A stretch of 64,000 nt of DNA from Spironucleus salmonicida. Its lineage: Eukaryota. Made by a program: the position numbers and the translations under genes. The stretch covers positions 1,364,001 to 1,428,000 of the forward strand of contig NC_090602.1 in NCBI RefSeq assembly GCF_000497125.1. The letters are read 5' to 3'. Within the stretch, counting starts at the first letter, position 1. Every line of letters starts with the position of its first letter. This document shows positions 26,947 through 39,941 of this stretch, in pieces. The notes under the pieces are model-generated. The model saw nothing but the letters and a program-made list of their open reading frames with translations, was not told the DNA's origin and made no database searches.

Positions 26947-28305
26947 ATGCCGCTAACAATTTTCTAAATTCTATAAAGTTCAACAGGTGAATTCTTACTA
27001 TAAGAACCATACTAATAATTATCTGAGTCATCTTAACATCTATTGAAACTACCTCCTCTCCCAATATTTCCAGCATCAATAATGACACCAAATGCATCAC
27101 TTTCCTCTATGAAGTTAAAGTTTGCTGATCTACTTTCATCCGGGGAAATTAAACACCACTGGTAGCATTCAATCCAGAAAGAAGAACTAATTTTTTCTCG
27201 CTTCGAATCAATCGAGTCTACTGGTTGTGAGCATTTTCCCACCAATTTACTCCTGTAATGTAATTGTGGTGTTACTACTTTTTGTAGATATTGTCATGAT
27301 GAACTTGATGATTCATGCGAAAAATTTACTTTCAAGAAAGCATTTTGTGCCTCATGTGAGATGGAAACTGATATTTAAAGTGAATTTTGTACTAAGTGTA
27401 GTCAACCTTTAGCAAAGTTTTTGTGTAAGATTTGTGGCGTTTCCAGTAACTCCACACCTTTTTCTCATTGTAAAATTTGTGGCTGCACAACATTCCCAGA
27501 ACCATTTCATTGTAACATTTGTAACCGATGCCATGGCTCTCTACTACATGACTGTACTCCGCTTCTTACTGATCCCTGCCCTATTTGCTTTGCAAATTAT
27601 GATAACTTGCTATTTCGACCATAAACACTAACATGTGGGCATGTACTCCACTAGTCATGTGTTGAAAAAATGAGCCATAACGGACCATTCGAGTGTCCTT
27701 TAGATAAGAAGCAAGTGGGAAGCTATATTAGTTGTAAAGCAGACTGGATAAAGTTTATCAGCATTTATGCAATGACAGAAATTCCGCTTTATTAAATTGG
27801 TAATTATTATATAATTTAGTGTAGTGTAGGTTGCCCAGAGTTTGTTGCTAACTGGCATTCAAAAGGATATATTTGCCCTCATTGTTTAGGTGTTAATTGT
27901 AGTTAAAAAAGCGAATATTTGGACTAAGATGCATAAGAAGTAATAACTAATTAGTATTTATTAATCAAAAAAAAGCATAATCGATCACCTATATATCCTT
28001 TGATCTTGTCACCAAGATCTGATAATTTGGAAATGGATGAAGTTATATAAGATTATGTGGAACGTTATCGTTAATTTTGGGAATCACATATTCCAAAGTT
28101 AATCAATCCTTAGGGTCCTGTTCCACTTCGCGAATTCGTTCTAGCGTACTGTCTAACTCGTGTTTTCGACGAAAAAGTAGGTTTTGCCGCAATTAATTTA
28201 ATGCACGCTAGATAAGAGTTTCCAGAAAATGTGAGGGATTTAGATAAAATTAGTGTCGAAGCAATAGTCGAAGTTAGAGAATTGCGGAGGTTGAAGTTGG
28301 AATGA
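26947..28305 (+). CDS. CHY zinc finger / RING-H2 E3 ligase (Pirh2/RCHY1-like), about 452 aa
   Basis: GCEHF...CNCG...FCRYCHDE, CASC, CTKC, CKIC, HCKICG, HCNICNRC, CPICF...TCGHVLHQSC...CPLD, then a zinc ribbon (CPHC). Alternative in-frame ATG at 26920. Confidence 0.88.
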
Positions 28306-28744
28306 GAGAAAGTTCGGTGAATGATTTAATTATACTCTCATGCTAATGAGTGTGATATTATTATTTAAGGTAATAGTATATTTATAATTTACTAGTTCAG
28401 TAAATAATATAAATTTTATATGCCGTGGTTTGTTTTACTGATATCTTGTGCTCCAATAATATTTAATATGTAAGAATCATATTAGTTGGTTAAAATAGTG
28501 ATGCATGTAATGTAATGATTATTCACAGAGTTGAGTTGATAATTATATTTAACCTTTACAGACTAAATTATAAACATAATAAGTAGACAAATTTAGAAAT
28601 TATGAATATATAACGAGAGAAGTTAGTAAATTTATTGGTTACAATTATATAATATGCTATATGATTTGCGTTTAAAAATATTTTCATTCATATAAATAAT
28701 TATTTTATATTAATTATCTTTACACTATAAATAAACAAGTTAAA

Positions 28745-28912
28745 ATGGAAACAATAATAAAAACTAGATTTGATAATTTTAAACAGAGGTTAGAAAACTA
28801 TGATCGCATGCGTCTAGATATTGAGGGCAAAGATTATGATGAAGAAGATTATACCTTAAAACGTGATGTTACAAATGTAGAAATATTGTTTTACAAAAAA
28901 TTTTATTAGTGA
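28745..28912 (+). CDS. Putative small protein, 55 aa
   Basis: METIIKTRFDNFKQRLENYDRMRLDIEGKDYDEED...; D/E-rich, ends TAG-TGA, sits in otherwise AT-only DNA. Confidence 0.45.
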
Positions 28913-29114
28913 TTTGAGTATATACTAATATGTAGGTTACTTTCAATTTGTTTATACAATTCAGTTGTTGTGTATTATAAAGCAACGAAATAAACTACAG
29001 ACTTCCAAAGTTAAATTTAATTGATAATTATTTATTTAATTAGCTACTTATATATTTTATTACTGTAAAATGTAAAATATAATAAATTATATACATAAGT
29101 AAATATCCTCAAAA

Positions 29115-32100
29115 ATGAATCTACCCTCTAAAGTACTTCTATCATATCTTATTCCCACAGATTCAGTTGATATTGATGTTAATAACTTATTAGATCACTA
29201 AAAGGCATTATTATCTAGATTCAATGAGGTTATTATAAATGCAAATCCAACATATCTTATTACTAGCTAAATTTAGCACATTTAGACACTTATTTCGAGT
29301 TTTAATTCCTTATAACTTTCATAATAAGAGATAGCCTTCATTGAGAATACTAAAATTTTCTTTGGGCTCCGTTCAACAACGTTAGATGAGTTTGCAGCTA
29401 GGTTCTAAATTTAATCAGATTAGGTGGTTGAAACTATTAAAATTAAAAAAGCAAAAGCAAAAGTTTAAACTTAAAAACAGCAGATAACAACTTAAGAGTA
29501 ATTTGACACCATTTTCTTCGTTTCATCTTTGGAGAATCAAATCAAGATGTACAAACTTAATTTTGCGAAAACAAGTTATGCTGCAATGACCAATAAGGAT
29601 TTATACTTTAGTTTAGTACCAAAATATTAGATATGTTAATTTTATTAATAATATATGACGATCGCCGATCATATTTTTTTAATTGATGAACTTTTAAAAA
29701 ATAAGCAATATATTAATAAAATACAGTGCTTGTGTACCAAAGAAATTTTATATGAGTTTCCTACTATTGGTTAAAAGGTATTTTAATATATTATTTAGAA
29801 AAAAAATTTCGGGGATTAATTATTTGATCTTAGAAAAGAATTGGATATATCTGATAAGGATTTATACTCTGCGTGCTTTGAAGGACTTATTTCAAGAACT
29901 TAATAGTTTACAATTTGTGATTAAAATATTGGACATTTTTATTCAATCTTTGATCAGTTTATGACAAAAGATGAGTTTTAAGAACTGTTTAATGTAAACT
30001 AGCACTATTTTGTCTAAAAAAATTAAATTAATACAATAAATATATTAACAATTATTGGAAATTTGAAATTCTAAGCTGATATTAACTTAAACCCCAAGCT
30101 GTTCTTTGTTTTAGATTATGAATTTGACGGAAATGTTAAATTCTTTGCTAACAATATGTAGATGTAAGAGATTAAAATTTATTATGGAAATGAGTAATTA
30201 GACTCTTCTGTAATTGATAAGATACCCACACAGATTATTAAAAATCTTAGTAATTATTCATTTAGACTAGATTGTAAAAATTAATTTGTTTACTGTCTAT
30301 TTAAGCTAGATGATAGTTTTTATGAATGGTCATAATAATTATCTAATAATTCATTTACCTCTTATTTATTAGAAGATGCTAAAATTTTAATACATTCTTC
30401 ACAATGTAAAAAATTAAAGTATAATAATAAAATTTTAGACTATATTGATGGTAACAGTATTGATATATTAGAGTTCACAGACTAACATTTGGATGTATAG
30501 CTTCTTGATATATTTGGAAACATTACTAATGAAATTATTTATAAACCAACGATTCAATCAACTATCTCAGCAAATATTGACTTTACCCAAGTTGGATAGT
30601 CAAAACTTATAGTAAACAATTTATATCCAGAAGTGGTGTATAACTATAAAGATTAGAGAATTCAGAAAATTATTGATACTGATCTTAACTTAGAATTATT
30701 TATCACTGAGTTTGGTAAGAAAAAAATAATTCATAAGCAACCTCTACCAAAAATATTTACTGAAATCGATTTATCAATGTATGAATTATTTTATGTACAA
30801 TAGTTTGAAGCTGTTATTAGTGGTGTTATTGAAGGAAAGATAATATAATGTTCAGACTCATATGTTGTATAAGGTTTCCCATGTTTGTGTAAAATTTATA
30901 GTTATATAAACTCAATTGATATTCATCTATTTAATTAACAGTGCAATTTATAAAATGTATAAGTTTCTGTAACAACTTTTTAAAGACCTTTAAGTAATTA
31001 AAGTGATCTATTAACTGATAAAAATGGGTTAGTTTCTATTAAGATTGAAGAAGGAAATACGCCTCAAGCGATAGAAATTTAATTTTAATATCTCGAACAA
31101 CTGTATAAATTATCCCATACAATCTAATGCCATGATTCAATAATATTGCCTTTACTTAATGTGTCCAAAAATGGCACGATCAAAACGTTTATACCAGATT
31201 CTAACCCAATGAAGTACTATATTAATAACGAGCCTCTTATATACAAAGATGGCACTCTTTAGCTTAATAATACCATTTAGTCAGGTGAACATGCACTTTA
31301 TGTTTACAATAATAACATTCGAAAGAAAGTAGCTAGAGTTAATATTTTAGAGTAAAGTAACATCAATGATGAACTATTACACATAATTCCCATTGATGAT
31401 AACACTTTTGCTGTTAGTAAATGCGATATATCTATTTCTGGTATCTTTTCAAACAGTATATAAAACTTTTAATTATCATCCCAAAATACCAAATTTTAAA
31501 GTGTAAAACCTCCATAACCCCCTCATTTCAATATTTCACAAATTTTACATATTTCTGAAGAATAAAAATACAACTAATTACTGGCAGGTGCTTTTACCGA
31601 TTCAGAGTGCACAGCAACATTTGCAGCTCCATTTCCCTCGATTTTTATTAAGGAAAAGTAAGTTCAACCAATGTAATAAATTATGTAAGCCGAATGTATG
31701 AATAATTGTGTGGATGGAATGCAAAGGTAGAAGCAAAAACGATCAGCGTTTATGGGCGGTGCTAATTTTAGTGCCAATAGAATGGAAGGTGGAATGAGTG
31801 CACCATGTTGTTTTGCTGCTCCTGGAGGCTATATGGCTAGAACAGACGAATTTCTAGAAATTTCATCCTAAAATATAACTGAGATATAGCATTTTGCAGG
31901 TCCTGATCTCGCTTTGAAACCATAAAAAATCGGCTTTTAGATTACTGAGCATGCTAATTATAATACAATATAATTAACATATACCGGTCATACAGCTATT
32001 TTGATTTCTTTATCATAAAAAGCAAAAATTTTGACTCTTCAAAAATCTGTTAAAAAGTCACCGTTGCCTGTTGAACCTTATGAGCAGAAGAGATAAAATT

Positions 32101-34058
32101 TAACAATTAGTAACTTTATATTTTCTAGTTCTGGAACTACTATTAATACAAATAATCATTTAGCAAGACATTCTCCAATTTTAAAAATGTTGTATTCGTG
32201 GCACACATTCAATATACCGCAAAAAATATTTTTAACACATTAAAATTCATGCGTTGAGTTGATGTTATTTATTAAACTGAATGATTTCCCGTTCTTCGAG
32301 TCATATGGAAAGGTAATATTTACTAACAAAATGCTAGTTAAAAGTGTTATGTCTGCTTTCATTTTAGATGATTTGGAGTATTTAGATATTGTTGGGAAAG
32401 TATTTTGGAGTTTAAATCCTATTGAGCAGTTTTTCGTTCTATTTTCATAAAAATAGCGCAATTCCGATAATTTTGAACAATTCATAGCACTTTGTGATAA
32501 TAAAAATGAGTTTGACGAGTCAGATTTTATAAATCAATGCTTTTTGGCTGAAAATCAATTATATTAAATTTAGTATAATAATGAATATAACGAAATGGAG
32601 TTTTATAGTTAAACTGATTTAACTAGTTTCAGTTACTGTGATATGTTTAAATAATTACTAACATTCGTTAGAACCCCAAATTTTAGTTAGATGCATTAAA
32701 CTTAATATAATATATTAGTAATTTTGCTTTGGAATTAGTAGTGGAAAGTGTAGAAACTTGAATCTGAAGACACTGTTTAAAATCATATTTCTGGAAAACT
32801 TCTTCTAAATGGTCAAAGTACCTGTACTTTGAATAGAAAAAATACAATCTAACTGTAAATTGGTGGTAAATTTATGAAGAATCTTAATGTGCATTATTAA
32901 ATATATAATGTGGATATAATTCAGGAACATAGTATTAATTAATTTGATCTAAATGAAGTTGAGCATCAAATAACTTTAGCTGAAGTTTATCCTAAACAAG
33001 AATTTTCTTTATTCCTTAAAATTTATCAAAATGAACTTTTAATTAGCACATTCAAGTTTGAGGTTTAACCTAATTAAGATCAGTTTAATATAATAAACAC
33101 ATACTAAACTGCACAAATTAATTGTATTGAGGATTGGATTAATTTGATGATTTAGTATCCTTAAATTAAATAGAAAGATCTATGCCAAATTTTTATTAAA
33201 AAGACTGGAGATAAGAGTATTGCATATCAGTTTTACTTAAAGTTACTTAGCTTTGGTATTTTTAATCCATGGCTTTTGCGATATTCTGATAATTAGGATT
33301 TAGTAGGAATGTAGGCTATTTATTTGCAATAAAATAGTTAAGATTTTGTTTAAATGTACAAATATACAATAACAGAATAATTGCCGTTTATTAGAGAAAG
33401 ATGCCTGAAAAACGAATGGAATATCGAATTCTAAAAATTTATATTAAGGAGTATTTTTAATTGCTAAAATGGATTACTCTTTACACAGTTAGTGAAGCAT
33501 GGCTATATGCGCTATGCTGGACCTCTTTGTGACATTGTATAAGATAATGCTAGATATAATGTAGTTGTTGGATATTATTAAAAATGTGTTAATAAACGTG
33601 ATTTTGATCCTAACTTATCGTTTAACTAATTTAATATTTAGTTTAACATTAATATGGATAAAATTACTAGGGTATTTAGTTATAAAATTGAGAATTAGAT
33701 GTTTGTATCTAACTAAGAAGTATAAATTGGTATTGGATCCTGGGCATACGAGCCAGTTAAAAAATGCTCATTAAAAGCTAATTAATAAATATATGTTCCT
33801 TCTGATAAATATCTGACTATTTATCGTGATACATTCTCTCCCATTATAGTTACACCGTAAACGCTTTAAGTGGATATCTCTATGATCTAGCATGGTATTT
33901 AGGTGAGCAAAGGTGGTGCTCCTATTAGAAATTTACTTGTTATTTCATAGAAAGACAATGTTATTTAATAGGTAACTTACACTGATAGGAGCGGAAGGGC
34001 TCGATGCTCCGGGAGCGTAACTATTTATGAATCAATAAACAATTTTGTAACGCTCTGA
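29115..34058 (+). CDS. Large conserved protein (AbpF-like / planctomycete-myxobacterial large hypothetical family), 1647 aa
   Basis: Long single frame. LLSYLIPTDS near the N-terminus, WHTF..QK..SCVELMLFIKLNDFPFF...NKM...LNPIE, and C-terminal TYTDRSGR. Confidence 0.65.
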
Positions 34059-34148
34059 TTTTACTTTTAACTACAATTATTTTATTTAATAATCTTATTT
34101 ATATATTATTATACCATTAGTAATATTAATAATATTCTAAATTTTATA

Positions 34149-35312
34149 ATGCAATTTTAATCTATGAATAGACCTATAGATAATGCAATATTCAACTTCA
34201 ACCCGAATGATGTTTAATATTCAAATAGCATAATATAACTTCAACCGTATTTAAATTCTCTAATTTTCGGCGATTTTACATAATGTTCATAATAATAACT
34301 CCTAATTGGTTTATAGTTGAATTAACTCTGTTCACAATATTTTCTGCAGCAGGCAGATATAGTAGAGAGTTAATGTCAAACTTAAATATAAAACACAATG
34401 AATCAGTAAAAATCACCAATAGAAGTGTAAAACTACTAAAATTAAATTTCAACACTCAATTTTTAACTTTAAGCATATCAATAGTAAATAAAATAGTTAT
34501 AACTTAGTTATAATCAAAGAAATTAAGAATATTTAACGCTCTAATAGTAGGTTGTTACTAATTAAGATCAATTTAAAATAAACTAATTATAATAGGAAAT
34601 AGATATTTTGCGATAATAACTTTAATAATCTAATTAAGCTACTTCATGTAAAAATAATTAGTTCCAGTCTGGGAATTCTTCAACTAATGAATTAAATGCA
34701 ATGAAGTAATAATATTAGCTTTTAGTTCAAGAAAATAAAAGACTAGTATCACTTCAACAAGCACCACCATATATGAAATAAATGGCTGCTATAAAACAAG
34801 CTAATGAATTAATTCGTTAAGAAAATATTAAGCTTAAAAAATAAGTGACACAAGTCTAAGGTGCATTTCATCGTTGCTAAGTTTGTTTTAAATTTTTTGA
34901 ATCTGATGATTTTTTAAAATAACATATTAAAAGAAGACATTAACCAGAAGATACATTAAAAATGAGTAAAATTATCAGTAGTTATAGTTAATAAAATTTA
35001 GTTTAAGATTAAAAAAGTGTATATAAAGAAAATTTCTATGTCAGTCCAATTATTAAATAAAGTAATTAATAACCTATAGTATAAGAACATAATTAGCTTA
35101 ATAATGATATTGTAAATGAATCTGGATCATTTGATTCTGTTTTAAAAAGTCTTGAGGAAATAGACAAAAAGTTAGCTGGAAAATAATTGTAAAATGTTGT
35201 TAAGGATTAAAGCGGAATAAGTGACAAAATTTAAAAACTGAACGAAAAAACTGACAAATTACTAAATAGTATTTCTGCAATTGAAGGAGTGAGTGTTGGG
35301 GAACTAAAGTGA
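34149..35312 (+). CDS. DZIP1: DZIP1/Iguana-like ciliary C2H2 zinc-finger coiled-coil protein, 387 aa
   Basis: N-terminal LQPYLNSLIFGD...LQLNQLCSQYFL (Dzip-like N), then FHRCQVCFKIFESDDFLKQHIKRRH. Ends AAG-TGA. Confidence 0.72.
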
Positions 35313-36951
35313 AAAATCCAATTTGTTCCCTTATTGAATGTTTAATTTTATATAAATTTCTCTAAATAGTAGTTAAAATACTAATGAAACGCTTACATAC
35401 TTTAAAATTCTTGCTAGTAGTATATATTAATTTAGAACTAGATAATGCAGGAATAATCATACAGTTAATTTCATACAATATTTAAAATAAATAGTATTAA
35501 GCTTAATTTACCATAATAAACGTCAAAATAAAATTATTAAAATTCTAATTATATAATTTATTTATATTAAAATAATTCTACGAAAAGCATATTATAAATT
35601 TGCGCAAAAATACTAGAAGCCATTACTAAAGATAACTGTCTAAAATATTAAATTTCAATTATTTCTAGTTGATAATTATAGAAGAAAATTAAACTAGTGT
35701 TTAAGATTGTAGGATAATAAAAAGTCAATGCTGTAATAAAACTAATTTCAAAAACTAATTTTGTAGCAAAGTTTTCAAGGGTTCATATCATATGAACTAT
35801 ATTAAACAATTGTCAATCCTATAATACTATTAGAATTTTATAGTTATATGAAGGTTGAAGAAAAGAATAATGCTATATTATTTAATTGATAAAATTTGTT
35901 ATATATTAATCGGTACTAAAACAGTTCAATAAAGGTAATTTTTATATTAAAATATTTTATAATGAAAGTCTATAATATATAGATTACATAGAATATAAAA
36001 ATTAAATTGTTTATCATTTTTTTAATAAAGACGCAGATTTGAAGCAAGTCAATACCAGTTATGATATAATATTACTTAATAATAGCTTTTCTTATGATAT
36101 ATCTTCTATAATACAGGCTTTACATAGTAATATAAATTTTTATTAACCGAAACTTTTACTAAAATCGTTCATAATAAATTTGAATTATACATGGTATAAT
36201 AATATATATAAAGAAATAATTCAGGACATTATAAGTTAGTATAAAATTTTTATTTTATGAGTGGCTATTCATCCTATGTTTTTAAAATTTTATTAACATA
36301 TCATATGGAGTTTATTTTCAATCTTTATATACGTTTTATTAGTTATTAAATTTATAGAATCTTTAATTTATTTCACAAATAGAATTTAATAGTAATAATT
36401 TTATTCATAAATCATAAGTATTACTTTTAATCTTTACATAAAATAATCATTTATTAATAATTAAAAATGAATTGATATATTGAATTTAAGTTTTAAGTTT
36501 TAAGTTTATTAAAAAAAATAGGAAATTGTACAAATAAATAGTAATGTTTCCTTATTCCATATAAGTATTTTATGTCAAAAATGAAATTTTATAGATCTGC
36601 TAAATACTGACTAAATAAATTTATACTTCAATTTATTGCTATTGATTGTCTATCGCGAATTTTCCTAGTATTTTTGATTTGAAAAAACAAATATATTTAT
36701 GAATAGTAATTATACTCAATATTATATTTTGAACTTAAATATAAAAAAATAAAGTCTTAATTTAACTCCAATTTACATTAAATACCATTCTTCACCATAT
36801 TTATATAAAATTATTTTACACCATTATAAATACCCAATTAGTTTAGTGATAAACACTATGAACATTACTCTCAATTTTAAATCCAACCCACACAACAGTA
36901 CTAATTTGATTTATTTAGCCAGCACTACTTTACTTTAAACAGCATTTTTCA

Positions 36952-37878
36952 TCACATAACGTCTTCTTTCTCTAGCTTTTCATCTGTATTCTGTGCCCAA
37001 ATTTCCTGACTAACGTTCCCCCACATTTATCCTCCAATCGAAACCTCAAAATCACCTTTCCAACAAATTTCCGGCATATATACGCACTCTACAAAGCATA
37101 GGTTGTAGCTAGACGCCATTTGATACTATTTGGCACGTGCTCCATTGAGATAAAGTGGAATTACGTCGCTTTTGAGCGCCAGGCACTCCAGTAGTGCCCC
37201 GACCATGCATCGCACCTGATTGCGGCAAAACCCAACCCCACACACCCAGAACTCGCATTAACTGTCCCGTTTGATACACTGCGAACGCAGAATCGTTCGG
37301 ATGCAGTTCCTCCCCCGCTCCTCATTGCTCAAACTCGAAAAATCCCACGTCCCCACGAATGATTAACAGAAATTATGTAACATTTGAATTTAATTTTCAT
37401 TTTCCACTCCTAATTTATAGACATAAATCCGGGATTTAGCGCTAAATCGAAGCGAGAAATCCGGTTTAGGAACTGGGGCGGCCGCCAGGATTCGCACATA
37501 CGGAGGCAGCACACAATTTAACTTTTTCACCACTCCTTTATCCTACCGCAACAGATCAATCCTGACGGCGTTCCTACGCGCAGAGACACCTGCATCTGTG
37601 CGACCGCTACGGTCAGGATTTCGGGGTGCAGCATCGATGAGTTTGAGTGTAAAGAGTGATGCAAAAATGAATGATTCGGCAGCGAACGGGTTATCAGGCG
37701 CGTAGGCTGAGCCGGCAGTGAAGCGACCATCGTACGCGAATAGGAAAAGCGTTGGAAAGTATATTTAATGTACGTTCGGTTCTGTCGGAACTAGCGGGAA
37801 ATGCTTTTCGAATAGCGCTTTTGCGGTGTCGGAGGTCTTGGCGAGATCTAGGAGCAACTTGTAGTGTTTGGCGAGCAT
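36952..37878 (-). CDS. tRNA pseudouridine synthase, TruA family (Pus3/Deg1-like), 308 aa
   Basis: FAYDG, RSGRTDAGVSA (catalytic Asp), LNCVLPPYVRIL, FSLRFSAKSRIYVY, GTWDFS, GFCRNQVRCMVG, YQMAS. Confidence 0.92.
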
Positions 37879-37936
37879 TGGAGTGGATTAAGAAGTAACT
37901 ATATTATTACTATTTAGTAGTATATTTTAAATAAAA

Positions 37937-38689
37937 ATGTTTCAATGTTAGTTCAAGATTGTTGAGCTTTGCGAAGGTAGGATTAGGGTTTATGAGACCG
38001 AAAAGGATTTAGTAGCAGGTACTTTTTATATCTAGCATGAGCTAAAAATTATACCTATGCGATATTTTGTAACATCTTCAGAAACGCTGCTATTTAGTAG
38101 TAGGCCTTATATTTATTAGCTCAGCTTTGACACTGATACATTTAACCCTGTTTATACTATTTTGTGTTAGTTGCCAAAGAATTTAGAAGGATCCTCTATA
38201 TTTTCTTTGAAGGATAAATTTTACTTAGCATTTGGTATGAATTCAATGTGCCAGCTTACTTCAGGCGAAATATTTTTAATTCAAAATAGAAAACTTAAAC
38301 CATTTTTAAATTTAGAGGAATCTAGATCTTTTTCTGGATGCTGCGAGTTTTAAAATAAAATTTGGTTTTATGGAGGAATCAGGGTACTTAGTGATACTGA
38401 AAGTCTATTGAATGATATTATAACATTTGATGGACAAAATATATAAAATACTGAAATTATGGGTTTGCCGGCATGTCATAGTGGATAACTTTGTGTGTTA
38501 AATGCAAAGCTAGTTTGTTATGGTGGGAAACGGAATATAACTACGGTAGAGGAAGTTAGAATAATTAATGCTGATAACTCCTATGCATTTTATAACACTA
38601 GTAAAGATAAGTTTATTATTTGTAATAATTTTATACTAGGGCCTAGTTATGTTAAAAATGATGTAATTAATAGTGAGATAGTTATCTGA
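37937..38689 (+). CDS. Kelch-repeat-like protein, 250 aa
   Basis: FYLAFG, KIWFYGG and KLVCYGG at kelch-like spacing. Confidence 0.7.
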
Positions 38690-38707
38690 TAGATTTAAGT
38701 CACTAGC

Positions 38708-39007
38708 TCATATATAGAAAATAATTGAGCTGCCCACTATAAAAATTGATTCTTCTTTCGTCCGCGATAATTGTTGAATCTCTACATATAATTCAGTAAA
38801 TTCAGAAGGTTAAAATAATTCGGAAACCAATATATCATCTGATATTTGAACTGTTGATCCTCTATACAATATAATAATCTTGCTGAAGAGTGTTGATTCA
38901 TCAGGTATAAGTGAGTCTATTATCTCATTAAACATCAATTATGTAGATTAATTTTCTTTAATATCTGCTAAGTATCGCTATCCTGAATGAACAAGCTGAA
39001 CTAACAT
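38708..39007 (-). CDS. Hypothetical protein, about 99 aa (possible ubiquitin-like fold; upstream in-frame ATG at 39109)
   Basis: MLVQLVHSGQRY...KIIILYRG... with a hydrophobic C-terminus. Confidence 0.4.
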
Positions 39008-39317
39008 TTCTAAAGAACCTTATATTTTTAAGTCAAATTTATAATTCACTTATTTATAATAATAAATTAGTTCAATAAAATATATAGAAACGGAATTAAG
39101 AATTATCATTTTGTAATTCTTAATCTATTTTAGACATATTATGTCTAAATTTATACAAACAATGAGAACTATATTGATACTTAAAATCAATTATAATTTT
39201 ATAATAATCGATTAGAATACGAAACCAATCAGATTTTCAAAACTGAGATATTAATAACATGTGGTAGTTTTATTTATTAAAACTAAATTTAAGTAATAAT
39301 TTATTCAATCATTCTGG

Positions 39318-39839
39318 TCAAGCTTATCTGTTAATTTATTCTAACGATAACTTTTAGCAGAATTTAATTTTTGTCTCCCCTATAATATATCTTTTAAACT
39401 GAGCCGCATCTATTCGTTTTTAACGATCCTATATTTTTAATTGTAATAAGTCTTATTGACTTTCTTTTAACTTCTACACTCTAAGAATATCATTAAATTA
39501 TTTTTCAATTACAGCAAGCTACCAATTAATATAATTAATATTTCTATCACATACTTTAATTGATAACTATGTCAAATATGATCTTAATTTAGATTTTCTA
39601 GTAAATATGAAGAAGTCTTTCTGCTGTTTAGCAGTAATATTGAGTATACGATACTATTTTGTTCGAATTGATGGTTTTTTACTTCTTACAACCGTGAATA
39701 CATCCTGGATATTAAATTGAATAACATTATTTTAAAGGTCTAGAGATCCAAATCCAGATGCTTATGAGTTTAAATTTTGATCCGATAGTTTTTAGTTCAT
39801 GCTAGTGAAGTTAATAGAATCTTCGGATTTGACAGTCAT
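39318..39839 (-). CDS. Hypothetical protein, 173 aa
   Basis: ATG 39839 (MTVKSEDSINF...) to TGA 39318. Divergent from SPB1. Confidence 0.5.
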
Positions 39840-39941
39840 TTTAGATGTTCATTACGTTAGTACGAAAAGACTATAAATTAATATATATTTAAGAATATAA
39901 TAATTAATATTATTATAGTTCGCTTCTCTTTTCGTTCCACA

